The notes beneath the pieces are model-generated. The model was not told the DNA's origin, searched no databases, and saw nothing but the letters and a program-made list of their open reading frames with translations. Below, piece by piece: positions 11,724 through 21,962 of a stretch of 34,348 nucleotides of DNA; position 1 is the first letter of the stretch, and each line of letters starts with the position of its first letter. A program made the position numbers and the translations under genes. Where the stretch lies: assembly GCA_026026165.1 (NCBI GenBank), contig JAPEUD010000085.1, positions 62,001 through 96,348 of the forward strand. Direction: 5' to 3'. This stretch comes from Sarea resinae. Its lineage: Eukaryota.

Positions 11724-12192
11724 GGTGATCGGGTATGTTGGTTTGTACGAGCTTTGTCTGGCGCTGTGGCCATTTTTCAAAACATTGGACGTGCTCTATA
11801 TATCTATCTACTCTGAAGTAGGAGTGTCGCGATATGGCGATAATCTCGCGACATTGTTGGATGAATCACGTCTTCACTCCCCACTATCTCTTCCCCACTC
11901 CCCAGTCTCCCTTCCCCACTTCTCGCTTCCTAATGAGTATTGTTATCTGTGATTGTAGGTGGCTCTAGATTACGAATATAGATATTTTTGAATAAAATTA
12001 TACGAATCCTTATATTTTACTTTTATTCTTAGATTAAGTTATATTTTACAACTTACAATATGTCGATTCAGTAGTTTAAAAAAGTAGCTTGTATTGCTGT
12101 ACGAAGTACATTTGTTTAATACCTTAAAAAAGTCAAAATTTCAATCTCCTAGACATTCTATCTGGACACTTTCTGATCACGTTTTGATCCTA

Positions 12193-12420
12193 TAATAGGG
12201 TTACAAATTTAGTCAATAGTTTCTCTTTAGCAATCCGCTCCTCCCCTTCTACTAGCGCCTAATCAGCTGCCTGCTTGTCCTCCACTGCTTGTTTCTTCTC
12301 GGCCGCGGCCCTCTCGCCTACTTCCCTCTCAATAGCTTTAGCCTCTCTGGCTTTCTTCTCTTTAGCTGCTTTCTTCTATCAATCACTATTTGTATTTAGC
12401 TATGTTCTTAGCTTTCTCAT
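12193..12420 (-). pseudogene. Mutated duplicate/paralog fragment of the C-terminal tail of the adjacent GT32 gene, inside an AT-rich RIP-like patch (~11960-12660)
   Basis: 12259-12306 matches 12741-12788 at 40/48 nt. The minus strand reads EKAKNIAKYK...KKAAKEKK...AAAEKKQAVEDKQAAD*ALV, against GT32 EQAKSIADHEKK...AEEKQAAEDKQAADQ (CAG>TAG). Confidence 0.7.
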
Positions 12421-12671
12421 CCATACTTAATCCTATAGTAGAGTAAGTCAGATTAATTCAATACACAAATATTGCATTTACACTCAATTAAGGCCTCTTA
12501 TAGCTCGAACGTCTTCTGAATGCTAGAACACAGAGCTATTTACGTGACCATAATATAGACGCAGTATAACCAGTGGTAAAAGACCTCAATACCTCAAAAA
12601 GAAATAACTCCTATTGATTATAATAGTATCCGCCTCGAATGGTATTTAAAAGAAAACGTTGCTCATCAAAA

Positions 12672-14063
12672 TTACAATGGCGGAAATTGAGCTGGCAGAA
12701 GTTTTGCATCAGTGACTAGCTTCTTTTCCGGGAACGCCATCTGATCGGCTGCCTGCTTGTCTTCGGCTGCTTGCTTCTCCTCAGCCGCCATTTTCTCCTC
12801 GGCTGCCAGCTTCTCAGCCGCCGCTTTCTCCTCGGCTGCTTTCTGCAGAGCGGCTCCAAGCTCTTTGATTTTCCTCTCTTCCTCTGCTTTGGCGTCTGCT
12901 GTTTTCTTCTCGTGATCTGCTATGCTCTTGGCTTGCTCCTCTGGGGAGAGGGCGTCGAAAGCAGCCTTGTTGGCGTCCCATTCCTTGACACACTCGGGCT
13001 TCCAGTTGCACGTCTCCACTTCGCCGTACACGGGGTGCTTGTATCGAGGATGCTGAGTGGGCCATTTTGAAGCGTGATAGCGATGCTTGACCAACGCATT
13101 ACGCGCGTCGTGGTTTCCCGAATCCGAATGACCTTGGCCTGCGGCAAAGGCTTCCACAGGGAGAACGAGGATGCTGCCAACAAGCTTGGACTCGGACATG
13201 TCATGAAAGGTATCCCATTTTACCGTTTGGCGCGTTCGCGCACTCATCTCGGCCAGAACCGCTCGTGTGAAAGCCGATGGACCTGTGCCGCCTATCACCT
13301 CGTCAAAATCGAGCACAATTTCCGAAATTGGTACCCTTTGCTTCTTCGCCACATCATTGAGCCACCTCAAGATATTGTCGATGAGTCTCATCATTACCGG
13401 GAGTTGCGGTTTGCACATGAATGTCCATTGACAGAAAGACTGCGACTTCCTGCCGAGGATTGGATGTTGGTTGTACTCGGGCTCGTCGATCTCGACCCCG
13501 ATTACCATGTCCACGTCTTTCTCCTTGTATCGAGCCGGAATAAACCTTGCGATCGGCCGGAGCGCTTCAACATCGATATCGGCATAGACTCCTCCCTCGA
13601 CGTACATGACGAGATACCGTAAGAGGTCGGCCTTGACAATTTTCGCCCCGAGGGACCGGTACATGTAGACGATATCGAGTCGATTGAAGCCAGCGGGACC
13701 AAAATATGTTTCCACGTAATGTAAGTCATTGTGGTCTGTCAGCACTTCATATCTGTATTCTGGGTTCTTCGCCGTCCACGTCCGGGCCACGTTAAGATCT
13801 CTCTGCTCGAACCCCAATGGATCGACTTTCCACGACTGCCATATCTTTCGCGGAAATCGGGTGCCCGATGTCAGGGACGATTGGTACGACAATTGACGCT
13901 TCCATACGTTCGTGACATCGGTCGACGGCTTGAAACAGTCGGCGGTCGAAAGAAACAAGACCATCAGAATGCATCCTATGCTGACCGGTAGAGCTCGTAC
14001 GATTTGCTTTGGTAGGCGCAATGCATTTTTCGACGTCGTGGCCCGCATCTTTGTGGCGGCCAT
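12672..14063 (-). CDS. GT32 alpha-1,6-mannosyltransferase (Och1/Hoc1-like), type II membrane protein with Ala/Glu/Lys-rich tail, intronless
   Basis: N-terminal hydrophobic anchor, then FPRKIWQSWK, TWTAKNPEYRYEVLTD, KADLLRYLVMYVEGGVYADID (DXD), FCQWTF, TGPSAFT, LVKHRYHASKW. First ATG is at 14063. Confidence 0.92.
   Translation of the reverse strand: MAATKMRATTSKNALRLPKQIVRALPVSIGCILMVLFLSTADCFKPSTDVTNVWKRQLSYQSSLTSGTRFPRKIWQSWKVDPLGFEQRDLNVARTWTAKNPEYRYEVLTDHNDLHYVETYFGPAGFNRLDIVYMYRSLGAKIVKADLLRYLVMYVEGGVYADIDVEALRPIARFIPARYKEKDVDMVIGVEIDEPEYNQHPILGRKSQSFCQWTFMCKPQLPVMMRLIDNILRWLNDVAKKQRVPISEIVLDFDEVIGGTGPSAFTRAVLAEMSARTRQTVKWDTFHDMSESKLVGSILVLPVEAFAAGQGHSDSGNHDARNALVKHRYHASKWPTQHPRYKHPVYGEVETCNWKPECVKEWDANKAAFDALSPEEQAKSIADHEKKTADAKAEEERKIKELGAALQKAAEEKAAAEKLAAEEKMAAEEKQAAEDKQAADQMAFPEKKLVTDAKLLPAQFPPL
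12742..12850 (-). repeat. Imperfect 15-18 bp coding tandem repeat (AAEEK-x units) in the GT32 tail
   Basis: Encodes KAAEEKAAAEKLAAEEKMAAEEKQAAEDKQAADQ; the DNA shows recurring ctcctcggctgc / ctcagccgcc units. Confidence 0.75.
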
Positions 14064-15055
14064 GATTGCTTCCAAGCCAAATCAAATTCGAGGAGGTAGG
14101 CGACGGAAAACCGGTGCATATTGGGATTCATGAACTCGAATTGCTCGAATCATCAATCGCGGGGTCTGTCATTCTGACGTTGCCATCTGCCGCCTGCCGC
14201 CCGTCGATCGCAGCGAGGTTTTCGCAGGGCAGGCATGGCGGTGGAAGGATCATACTACGTTCAATAATTCTCGCACCTATGACCGTATTGAGACGGAGTA
14301 GCTGCAGCCACTTCCCGGCGCACTCATCCGATGCGTCCAACGGCCCTATGCTGGTAAAAGCCTTATCGTGCTCTCTGGCTACGTCGTGGCGGTAAGAACG
14401 GTTGAACGATCAATGGAGCACAGAGCTCAAGGCGTTGATCGGCGAAATAGCAGCCGAACTTGCAAAGCACGGTTGCGGACCATGTAAGGATCATGTAAGT
14501 CTTGCATCCTGCGGCATCTGAGGTGCATGTAATCACAATAGTCGTTGTGGGGGTGAGCGTGATGCCGAGGTCGGCAAGGGATGCAAAGGATGAATAAGAT
14601 CAGGTCACCTACATAGTACCCTGAATGCCGAGGTGTATAACCCTCGTCATCCATGGGTATCAGGCTCTGTGGTCCTGTTCCTTCAAAATTCGTGCAATTC
14701 GCCCGTTGATTTGTGGAAGATGACCGAATACGGAAGTTGTCAATCCCTCGGGACGGGACGATCAACTGAGTTGGAAGCGAGATTGGGGACGTTGTGGGGA
14801 AGATGCGGGGGAGAAGAGGGACATTGGATGGAACGGCATGGTCAGACTCACACGTGCCCTGAGTTCCTATCCTCGACTATTGCAAATCTGGGGATCTCAT
14901 TGTCGGCCATGCTGGATATGGGTTGCCTTGCCCGAGATCTGCAGACGGCGTAGGCCTCGTTTCTCTCGTTTCTCCGCATTCTCTCTGCACGCACGGCCCG
15001 TGCGTGATAGCCCACCACCCCACACCACTCGTCGCTTCCCCCTGCATGCATCCAT

Positions 15056-15141
15056 GCCTCTGCTTCTCACTCTTGCTCTCCCTCTTGCTCTGTCACTTCC
15101 TCTTCCTCTCCCTCTCTTTCCCTCTCTCTTCCCTTTCTTTC
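15056..15141 (+). promoter_or_regulatory. Pyrimidine-rich (CT) tract in the divergent GT32/acyltransferase intergenic region
   Basis: About 85 nt almost entirely C/T (ctcttgctctccctcttgctctgtcacttcctcttcctctccctctctttccctctctcttccctttcttt), about 400 nt upstream of the acyltransferase ATG. CT tracts are common near fungal transcription starts; function here is inferred. Confidence 0.4.
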
Positions 15142-15544
15142 ACTGCGATTTCACTGCGAGTAAGTCAGGTCAGGAACATGGGTTGAATCCAACGGCCGTA
15201 TTTTCCCCGCATCCATCGCGACGGTCAATATGGCGAACCGCAAGGGTCATCTCTCGGACTAGTGGCTCTGATCGCGGTGTTGGGATGAGCGCATCTGGCC
15301 TACTTGCATGTCATGCCGAGGCTCAGCGGGTTGAGGCCAGTGGGCAACGCCGCTCCGACTGTGGGTTTCCTCTGATCCCAACTTTTGGCTCTGGATGCTC
15401 CTTCTTGGACCCTTCTCTGAGAAACATCCTGTCTTTGAGAGACTTTGAACACCACATCTTGCCTCATTGTATTGGCAACAACGGAGTGGACCGAATTCTC
15501 TCGCTGCAAAGAAGCTGTCCAGTCCTTCCCAGATTCTCTTCCAG

Positions 15545-16999
15545 ATGCCTGCGAGATATGACAGCATCTTGGATACTGGACATTGGCAGAAGATCAGGTC
15601 GAACCTGAAGCTCTCCGCCCACACTCGTGTGGCGCAATGGGGTATTGAGCTGGTGCGTCCTGCCTTTTTGACCAAGGTATGGTCTCCGCAGCCGCAGCTC
15701 AGGCGTACCGCGTATCTTGATGGTCTCCGAGGATTTGCAGCCCTCTTGGTTTATTGGGGGCATCATCATCTGTGGGCTCGGGATCAGTGGTCGGCGGATA
15801 CAGTCTTCGAGAACGCCTTTGGATACGACCAGCAGTATTATGCCGCTTGCCTGCCCGGAATCCGAACGTTCTTCTCGGGTGGTCACTTCGCCGTGACTGT
15901 CTTCTTCGTCATCTCAGGTTATGTGTTGTCGACGAAACCACTGGCATTGATATATGCCGGCGAATATGTTAAGCTCGGAGATAATGTGGGATCCGCTTTG
16001 TTCAGGCGGTGGCTACGACTTCATCTGCCGGTCATTGCTACAACATTCTTGTACATGACTTCGTGGCACGCATTCAATATTTGGACGGCCTCATCGGAGC
16101 ATCAGTCGAGCTACCGCGCCGAGCTCTGGAATTGGTATACAGAATTCAAGAATTTCAGCTTCGTGTTCCGGTCAGGCGGTGAACCTTGGTTCTCTTACGA
16201 TTTTCACGTCTGGTCCATTCCGATCGAGTTCCGCGGCTCAATCGTCATCTACACGGCACTGCTAGCCTTCTCTAGAAGCACAAGGAATGCTCGGCTCTGG
16301 TGCGAAGTGGGGCTCATCTTTTACTTCATGTATATTGTCGATGGCTGGTTCTGTTCCATGTTCGTCGCGGGCATGCTCCTCTGTGACCTCGATCTGCTCG
16401 CTGCGAACAACGACTTGCCTGTTTTCTTCTCGAGATTCGAGCGGCGGAAAAAGACCATCTTCAACAGCCTCTTCATTATCAGCATCTATCTTGGCGGTGT
16501 TCCCTCACACAGTTCCGACATCAAAGTTTTGAAAGAATCACCTGGATGGTATCTTCTATCCTTTTTGACACCACAAGCCGCCTTCGACTATAAATGGTTT
16601 TATCTATTCTGGGCCTCTGCTTTCCTCGTGGCGTCTATACCACGCATACCATGGTTGAAGACCTTCTTCGAGGCGCGGTTCAATCAGCACTTGGGTCGCA
16701 TCTCATTCGCTTTCTACCTGGTTCATGGACCTGTCCTTTGGATCCTCGGGGATAGATTATATTCGGTGACTGGATGGTCAAGGGAGTCTCATGCGATTGG
16801 TATACCAAAATGGATTAGTATTCTCCCCTTGTCAAAGAGAGGACCGCTAGGCCTGGATATGGCCTTTCTTGCCCCACAATTGATCCTCTTGCCTGTCACC
16901 CTTTGGCTTGCAGAAGTAGCCACAAAGCTTATCGATGAACCTAGTGTCAAATTTGCTCAGTGGGCGTATAGGATGACGTTGGCGCCACCTCCAAAATGA
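15545..16999 (+). CDS. Membrane-bound O-acyltransferase, Acyl_transf_3 (OafA/YrhL) family, intronless
   Basis: Motifs TAYLDGLRGFAALLV...HH, GHFAVTVFFVISGYVLS, RRWLRL, WSIPIEFRGS, LGRISFAFYLVHGP, IDEPSVKFA, with multiple TM segments. ATG at 15545. Confidence 0.92.
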   Translation: MPARYDSILDTGHWQKIRSNLKLSAHTRVAQWGIELVRPAFLTKVWSPQPQLRRTAYLDGLRGFAALLVYWGHHHLWARDQWSADTVFENAFGYDQQYYAACLPGIRTFFSGGHFAVTVFFVISGYVLSTKPLALIYAGEYVKLGDNVGSALFRRWLRLHLPVIATTFLYMTSWHAFNIWTASSEHQSSYRAELWNWYTEFKNFSFVFRSGGEPWFSYDFHVWSIPIEFRGSIVIYTALLAFSRSTRNARLWCEVGLIFYFMYIVDGWFCSMFVAGMLLCDLDLLAANNDLPVFFSRFERRKKTIFNSLFIISIYLGGVPSHSSDIKVLKESPGWYLLSFLTPQAAFDYKWFYLFWASAFLVASIPRIPWLKTFFEARFNQHLGRISFAFYLVHGPVLWILGDRLYSVTGWSRESHAIGIPKWISILPLSKRGPLGLDMAFLAPQLILLPVTLWLAEVATKLIDEPSVKFAQWAYRMTLAPPPK

Positions 17000-17399
17000 T
17001 AGACTGTAACATCTTGGATCGGGTTTAGCTTCATGTATATCGCTGCAGAAACTCATTTCGCGTTGAAAATCCATAATCTTTTTGATACAAACTCGGTAGT
17101 CTTGAATGTGTCTCTTTTTCAAAGCCGTCTTCAATGATCTCACGTCGATCGGCGTCATATATGGTGAGGAAACAAGGATAAGTCAGGCACAGGTTGATCG
17201 GAAGCTTTCGAACGAGTGTAAAAGCGGGGCTCGCTGGCATACGTAGAAGGACAGTAAAAGACCTTCGGCTATTGTGAGCGTATACGCTATGTGCTATAAG
17301 ACAATGCCGTGCCCGCGCCCATGTCTGAGTGACGATTTTCTCAATCGCGGCGGATCGCTAGAACCTTGGTACAGTCAGGCTTCAACGAATACCCCAGCA

Positions 17400-18752
17400 A
17401 TGTTAGTCAGAGGATCCAGACGCCTTGTAACTATCTTGGGCCTCTTTTTCCTCTCTACCAGCTTTTTGGGTGTCTTGAAATTCTATAATGGATGGTCGCT
17501 CGCTTTGCCATTCTGGGACGGTCTCTCTGGGCAGACAGTGCAGCCAAACCGTCAACCCCAGAGCCCATTGGACGGGTCAACTAACAGTAGACCGGACGAC
17601 ACCTATAGAGAGATATTTTCTGTTTCAACTGCGGACAAGAAATATTTTCTTATCAAGTTCGGCGATCAGGAGGCAATGAATCCAAACATCATCCCGCATC
17701 CAGTCTTGGAAAACACCTGGATTATTGTTGCTCAGCAAATTAGAAGGACCGTGGAGCACTCTGTATGGTGTGCCGAATTGGTCTGTGATGCCGTCTTTAG
17801 CAACGACACGCTTGTGTGCGTCAAGTCACCCTTGATCTTACCCATCGCGGCGACCTTTGGCGACAGATGTCAAGGCGATTTAGCGTTTCTCAATCTCAAC
17901 GTTGGCCCTCACGACGCACGAGTCTTCTACGGACCCAAAATGCCCTACGCTGTCTACGGATCGAACTCGGCATATACATGTTTTGGACAGTGGATGCAGG
18001 ATTTTAGGATGCTTGTGGATTGGCCGTTTGAGAGTCTCCCGAAACTCGATTTCCGGATGGCAACAGAGCTCCAGAGGCCCGCTCCGTACGGACTTGTCGA
18101 GAAGAATTGGTTCGTTTTCTGGGACAGATACGACCAGATGTATGCTCATTACGACATTGTACCGAAACGCGCGTTTGCGAAGATCGGGTTCGATGGTTCG
18201 GTCGGGCCAGATCTAGCACCCTTGGCTGCTTCTAGCGATGAGAGATGCACGGCAAGATATATGCCTCTTGTCGCCTCCAAATTAGAATCCATCCATCAGG
18301 CGACAAACTCATTGTCGATCACGCTCTGCAAGCGATCGGACTCGTCCTGCGAAGTAAACGACACAAACACATTCATCTTTATCATCTTCCAACACAAGAG
18401 CTTCTACTCCTTTCACAGCGTCTATGGATCTTACATCATGGTCATTAAGCCGACCGCACCTTTCGAAATATATGGTATCTCATCGAAGCCAATTTGGATT
18501 CACGGTCGCGGAAAGCCAGATGGACAGGGCGAATTTGATGCTCATGACGACCATGCAATACCCAAACCGATCAATCAGTCAGAAATGTTCTATATCACCT
18601 CTATGAGTTGGAAAGCGCACGGCCAGAAGTACCACGGATACATTGATGACGTCTTGTTTATCTCTTTTGGCATTGAGGATTCAAAAACCGCGGGTATTGA
18701 TATTGTCGCAAGCGATTTGTTTTCAGATCTAGGCCTCTGTTCCGCTCTGTAA
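17400..18752 (+). CDS. Type II membrane protein of unknown function with GT91 (beta-mannosyltransferase)/GH130-like motifs, intronless
   Basis: N-terminal anchor (RRLVTILGLFFLSTSFLGVL), then MNPNIIPHP, GPHDARVFYG, VEKNWFVF, FYITSMSW, DDVLFISFGIED. The CDS is secure; the function is inferred. Confidence 0.75.
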   Translation: MLVRGSRRLVTILGLFFLSTSFLGVLKFYNGWSLALPFWDGLSGQTVQPNRQPQSPLDGSTNSRPDDTYREIFSVSTADKKYFLIKFGDQEAMNPNIIPHPVLENTWIIVAQQIRRTVEHSVWCAELVCDAVFSNDTLVCVKSPLILPIAATFGDRCQGDLAFLNLNVGPHDARVFYGPKMPYAVYGSNSAYTCFGQWMQDFRMLVDWPFESLPKLDFRMATELQRPAPYGLVEKNWFVFWDRYDQMYAHYDIVPKRAFAKIGFDGSVGPDLAPLAASSDERCTARYMPLVASKLESIHQATNSLSITLCKRSDSSCEVNDTNTFIFIIFQHKSFYSFHSVYGSYIMVIKPTAPFEIYGISSKPIWIHGRGKPDGQGEFDAHDDHAIPKPINQSEMFYITSMSWKAHGQKYHGYIDDVLFISFGIEDSKTAGIDIVASDLFSDLGLCSAL

Positions 18753-19165
18753 AGCATGAGTGATAATAGGTATTGCCTGATTTCCGAAGACCTTTTGTTC
18801 GCATATGAAGCATCACTTGGTATAATACTAGATTATCAATAGATATTTAAGTGAAAAACGCACGAGCTCGACGGACCCCGGGCCCTTCTGGAAGTACACT
18901 AAACTATCTCACGCAGCCGATTCTTCAGACTCAGCACGAGAATTATCATCAAAGCGACAACAGTTCGTTCGATACAAATAAGCTCCTAAGAAAACTCTGA
19001 AGCCGATGACATCCTTCAAACCTTTTTGGCACAAAACGAGAAACGTAAAAAGCTCCGAAAAATTTGATAATCTGAGAAAACCCTACAAACCCTTATTGAA
19101 TCGAGTACTGCGGTAGGTGCAGTCGTGTTGTAGAATATTAAGTTTCCTCAGGCGGAAACAACATT

Positions 19166-20504
19166 TTAGTAGGACTGTTTGATCCAAGACGTTGCTATAT
19201 TAAGCCTCTGTAGCACAGTCACAAAGCAAGCATTGATTGAGATCAAGTCTTGATCTGAAGGCTGTGTACAGTCTTCCTCTCGACTATGACGGACACAGAC
19301 CATAGCCTGACGTAAAGCAAGCTCAGCTTCTCTGATGCTGTCTGCATAAGGGTACCTTATTAGTGCTCGCTTTCACTCGCAATAGAGCAATCTAATTGTA
19401 AAAGACTGACCGATAATCTTAATGCAGAGGAAGTCTTTGTGTATACTTCGCATCATAACCTCAAACTGCTGCACCTCTAGCAAGGTGTTGTAAGCCGCCA
19501 CCTTTGTCCTAGAAGGCGAGCAATTTTCTCTTTCATCGTCTGTAGATATATCAGCTTAAGTCACAACTCTAGAACGAGAGTATTACCTGTAAAAGAGCCT
19601 GCTCTGAATGCTCGCCGAATAGGGCCGTCTTCACTTTGGCGAGGAAGCAATGCTAAGAGGGCGGCTGCTATAGGCAGTCGCCAGCCCAGTCCGAAGAGCT
19701 CTGCAATATCCATCGCTGCTTGCACTTCCTCTGTTGTTTCTCGTGGTTCTGCAGTCTGATGGTAATAGACTTCCCGGAGACAGATCACTTTTTTTGACCA
19801 GGTCGGCTTTCCCGCCTCCATAGACTGCTTGAACTCAGGTCGTAAAGAAAACAAGCCCTTGTCGATTATAGTCTGCGCTGGAACGATCTGGCATTTGTCT
19901 TCGACTTTCAGTGCGCCCTGCGACAGGTACTCCCCAAAATAGAAATATCCAGGTAGTCTCCAATGCCTTTTTCCCGGAGACCTCTTAAGGCTTTGAGGTC
20001 TGCGTCGAGCGAGCTATAGGTACTGATAAGATCTATGTCTCGAAGAAACACCCCTTTGGGAAATCTGCCAGTATCGATAACGTACAGATTAATCTTTCCC
20101 AGACTGGATTTATTTCTCGTGTGTTGGTAAAAGATGTACTGAAGCGCAAACAACAAAGAGCTTGTCCAGGAAACCAGATTGTCTGGGTCTGTAGATTTCC
20201 CTCGCCAGCGGAGGTGCCTGCGGAGCATGCTCGCCACTTGCTGGCCATCATCACTAGCAAGCATGTCGTTTCCGCCAGTCGTTCGTGAATATCTAGCATC
20301 CTTGGACTTAACCCAGGTTCTATCAGTTGTGCCATCAGAATCTGGGGTAGACACCCGGAACAAGTAGCGGGGTATGTCGTCGAACTTTTCCCGAAGATAC
20401 GACTTGTCCCCTGTAGGGTTGAAGCGCACGCTCTCCTGCTCGGGCTCAGAGATACTAGTAGTCTGCACACCCTCCGTCTGATCCTCCACTGCCTGGGAAG
20501 TCAT
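19166..20504 (-). pseudogene. DUF7587-like fungal protein with one frameshift (pseudogene or assembly error); two downstream introns
   Basis: IPRYLFRVSTPDSDGTT...VKS...LVSWTSSLLFALQY. Adding one A to the A5 run (T at 19968-19972) continues the frame as RHWRLPGYFYFGEYLSQGALKVEDKCQIV into ORF 19561..19854. Introns with GTAATA and GTCAGT donors then give DERENCSPSRTK...EVQQFE and DSIREAELALR...SY* (~19166). Confidence 0.7.
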
Positions 20505-20917
20505 TCTTGTCAGATATGATACAGTTGCAGCAGCTGGTCATCTAATAAAGCCAGATGATAAGAACAAAACCGGAAGATTAGACGATTCTAGGCGACGAGC
20601 AACGATCAGAAACTCGGTACGAAAGCCAATGCATGATATATGCCAAGAAGAAAATTTATAAGACCGCTCTCATCAGGTAGGCTGCTCGAACGGCAGTGGC
20701 AATAATCGGCTGACAATTTTCCCGCGAGTGTCAGGGGTATAGATATCAGGGCATAGAGGAAGGTACTCGCTTATATGCTTCATTGGCCACTATGCTTGGG
20801 ATCCTGTGCTACCTCGCTCACAAGACCCTGCTCTGTTCCTATGCCTTTCTATCACTTTCGATGCCTGCGGCGGTGCAGCAGCCACATGTGGCGGCCCGGA
20901 TCGCGCAGGGTCACTCA

Positions 20918-21200
20918 TAACTAATTATATAGATATATGAGACCAGAATGCTAAGAGCTCCTCTACTACTAAAATTAAACTCCTGGATGCTATGCTAGAT
21001 ATATATAGAGAGTACATCTCTAATACTGTAATACATCCCTCTCCTGCTCTTACTCTAGCTCTGTTTATACTAGATAAAAAGGCCCTTATTCTAGCAGTCC
21101 TAGCCCTTGTCCTTATAAATCCACCGACAGGGTCCTATATAGCTAGGCTAGGAGCAACGAATACAGGCATATATTTCTGTTCTTCTGCTTTCTAGCCACC
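20918..21200. other. Short RIP-like (TpA-rich) relic of unidentified origin
   Basis: Abrupt enrichment of TA/CTAG/TATA and loss of CA/TG relative to the flanks. No recognisable protein motif. Confidence 0.4.
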
Positions 21201-21962
21201 TGATTTACTGTCCTACGTACGGCAATGGCTGCGCGTTCCTTAAGATGATTCGCGCTTTATACAACCTACTAGACTCGCATGAATTCAATCTATTTATAGG
21301 AATTATTGTTAATATCACCGCAAATCACTAATGTCAGTGGAGGAATTAGCTCACTTGGATCTTAGGGTCGCAAACTATACAAGACTAGCGGTTACAGGTA
21401 ACTACAACAAGATGCTTTCGTTCTGTAAATCCTCTCAGATTGACAACCACAGCGATAATCGTTTACGCCAACCCCTCTACTTCTCCCTCCGCGTCCCTCA
21501 CCTGCGGCGCAATACCTAAAATAGTCATCCACAGGTGTTCTCATCGGCTGCTCAGTCGTTATTTGGTGTGATAGCTTGGCTCTTTACCCTTGGTCTCAGC
21601 GTCCGCCTCTGCCTTCACGGCTGACCGGGCCCTAAGCTGTCTTATCTGGCGAAAGAGACGCAAAGGCTTTAATTTGCTCTAGAGACCTTCCTACAAATTA
21701 TGGCTAATGTGCTGCAGAGATAGGATATGAGTACCCACCACCGCTATAGCGGAGATATGGTCAGGGCTGGGTTTGGGTTAGAGCACGCTTTGCAGCCGAT
21801 GATTTTGGCATTCCATTTCTTTGGTAAATTATCGCACCAAATCGATTGAAAACAGAAGAAACCTATTCTGTTTCAATTCTCTCTGCACTATACACTGACT
21901 TATTATCTCTATACTAATACAAGACAACAGCAAAGCTTTCCGCTGTTGGCATGGTTCCTGAT

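Noticed and set aside
14128..14765. Minus-strand ORFs upstream of GT32 as possible extra exons
   Set aside because: GT32 already has its own ATG and membrane anchor, and I could not build a convincing in-frame splice.
14838..15608. 256-aa ORF upstream of the acyltransferase
   Set aside because: Its LLLTLALPLALSLPLP stretch is just the translated CT tract; it overlaps the real gene out of frame and has no domain.
21763..21781. GGGCTGGGTTTGGGTTAG as an interstitial telomere or G-quadruplex
   Set aside because: Only three G-tracts and one partial telomere unit; compatible with chance.
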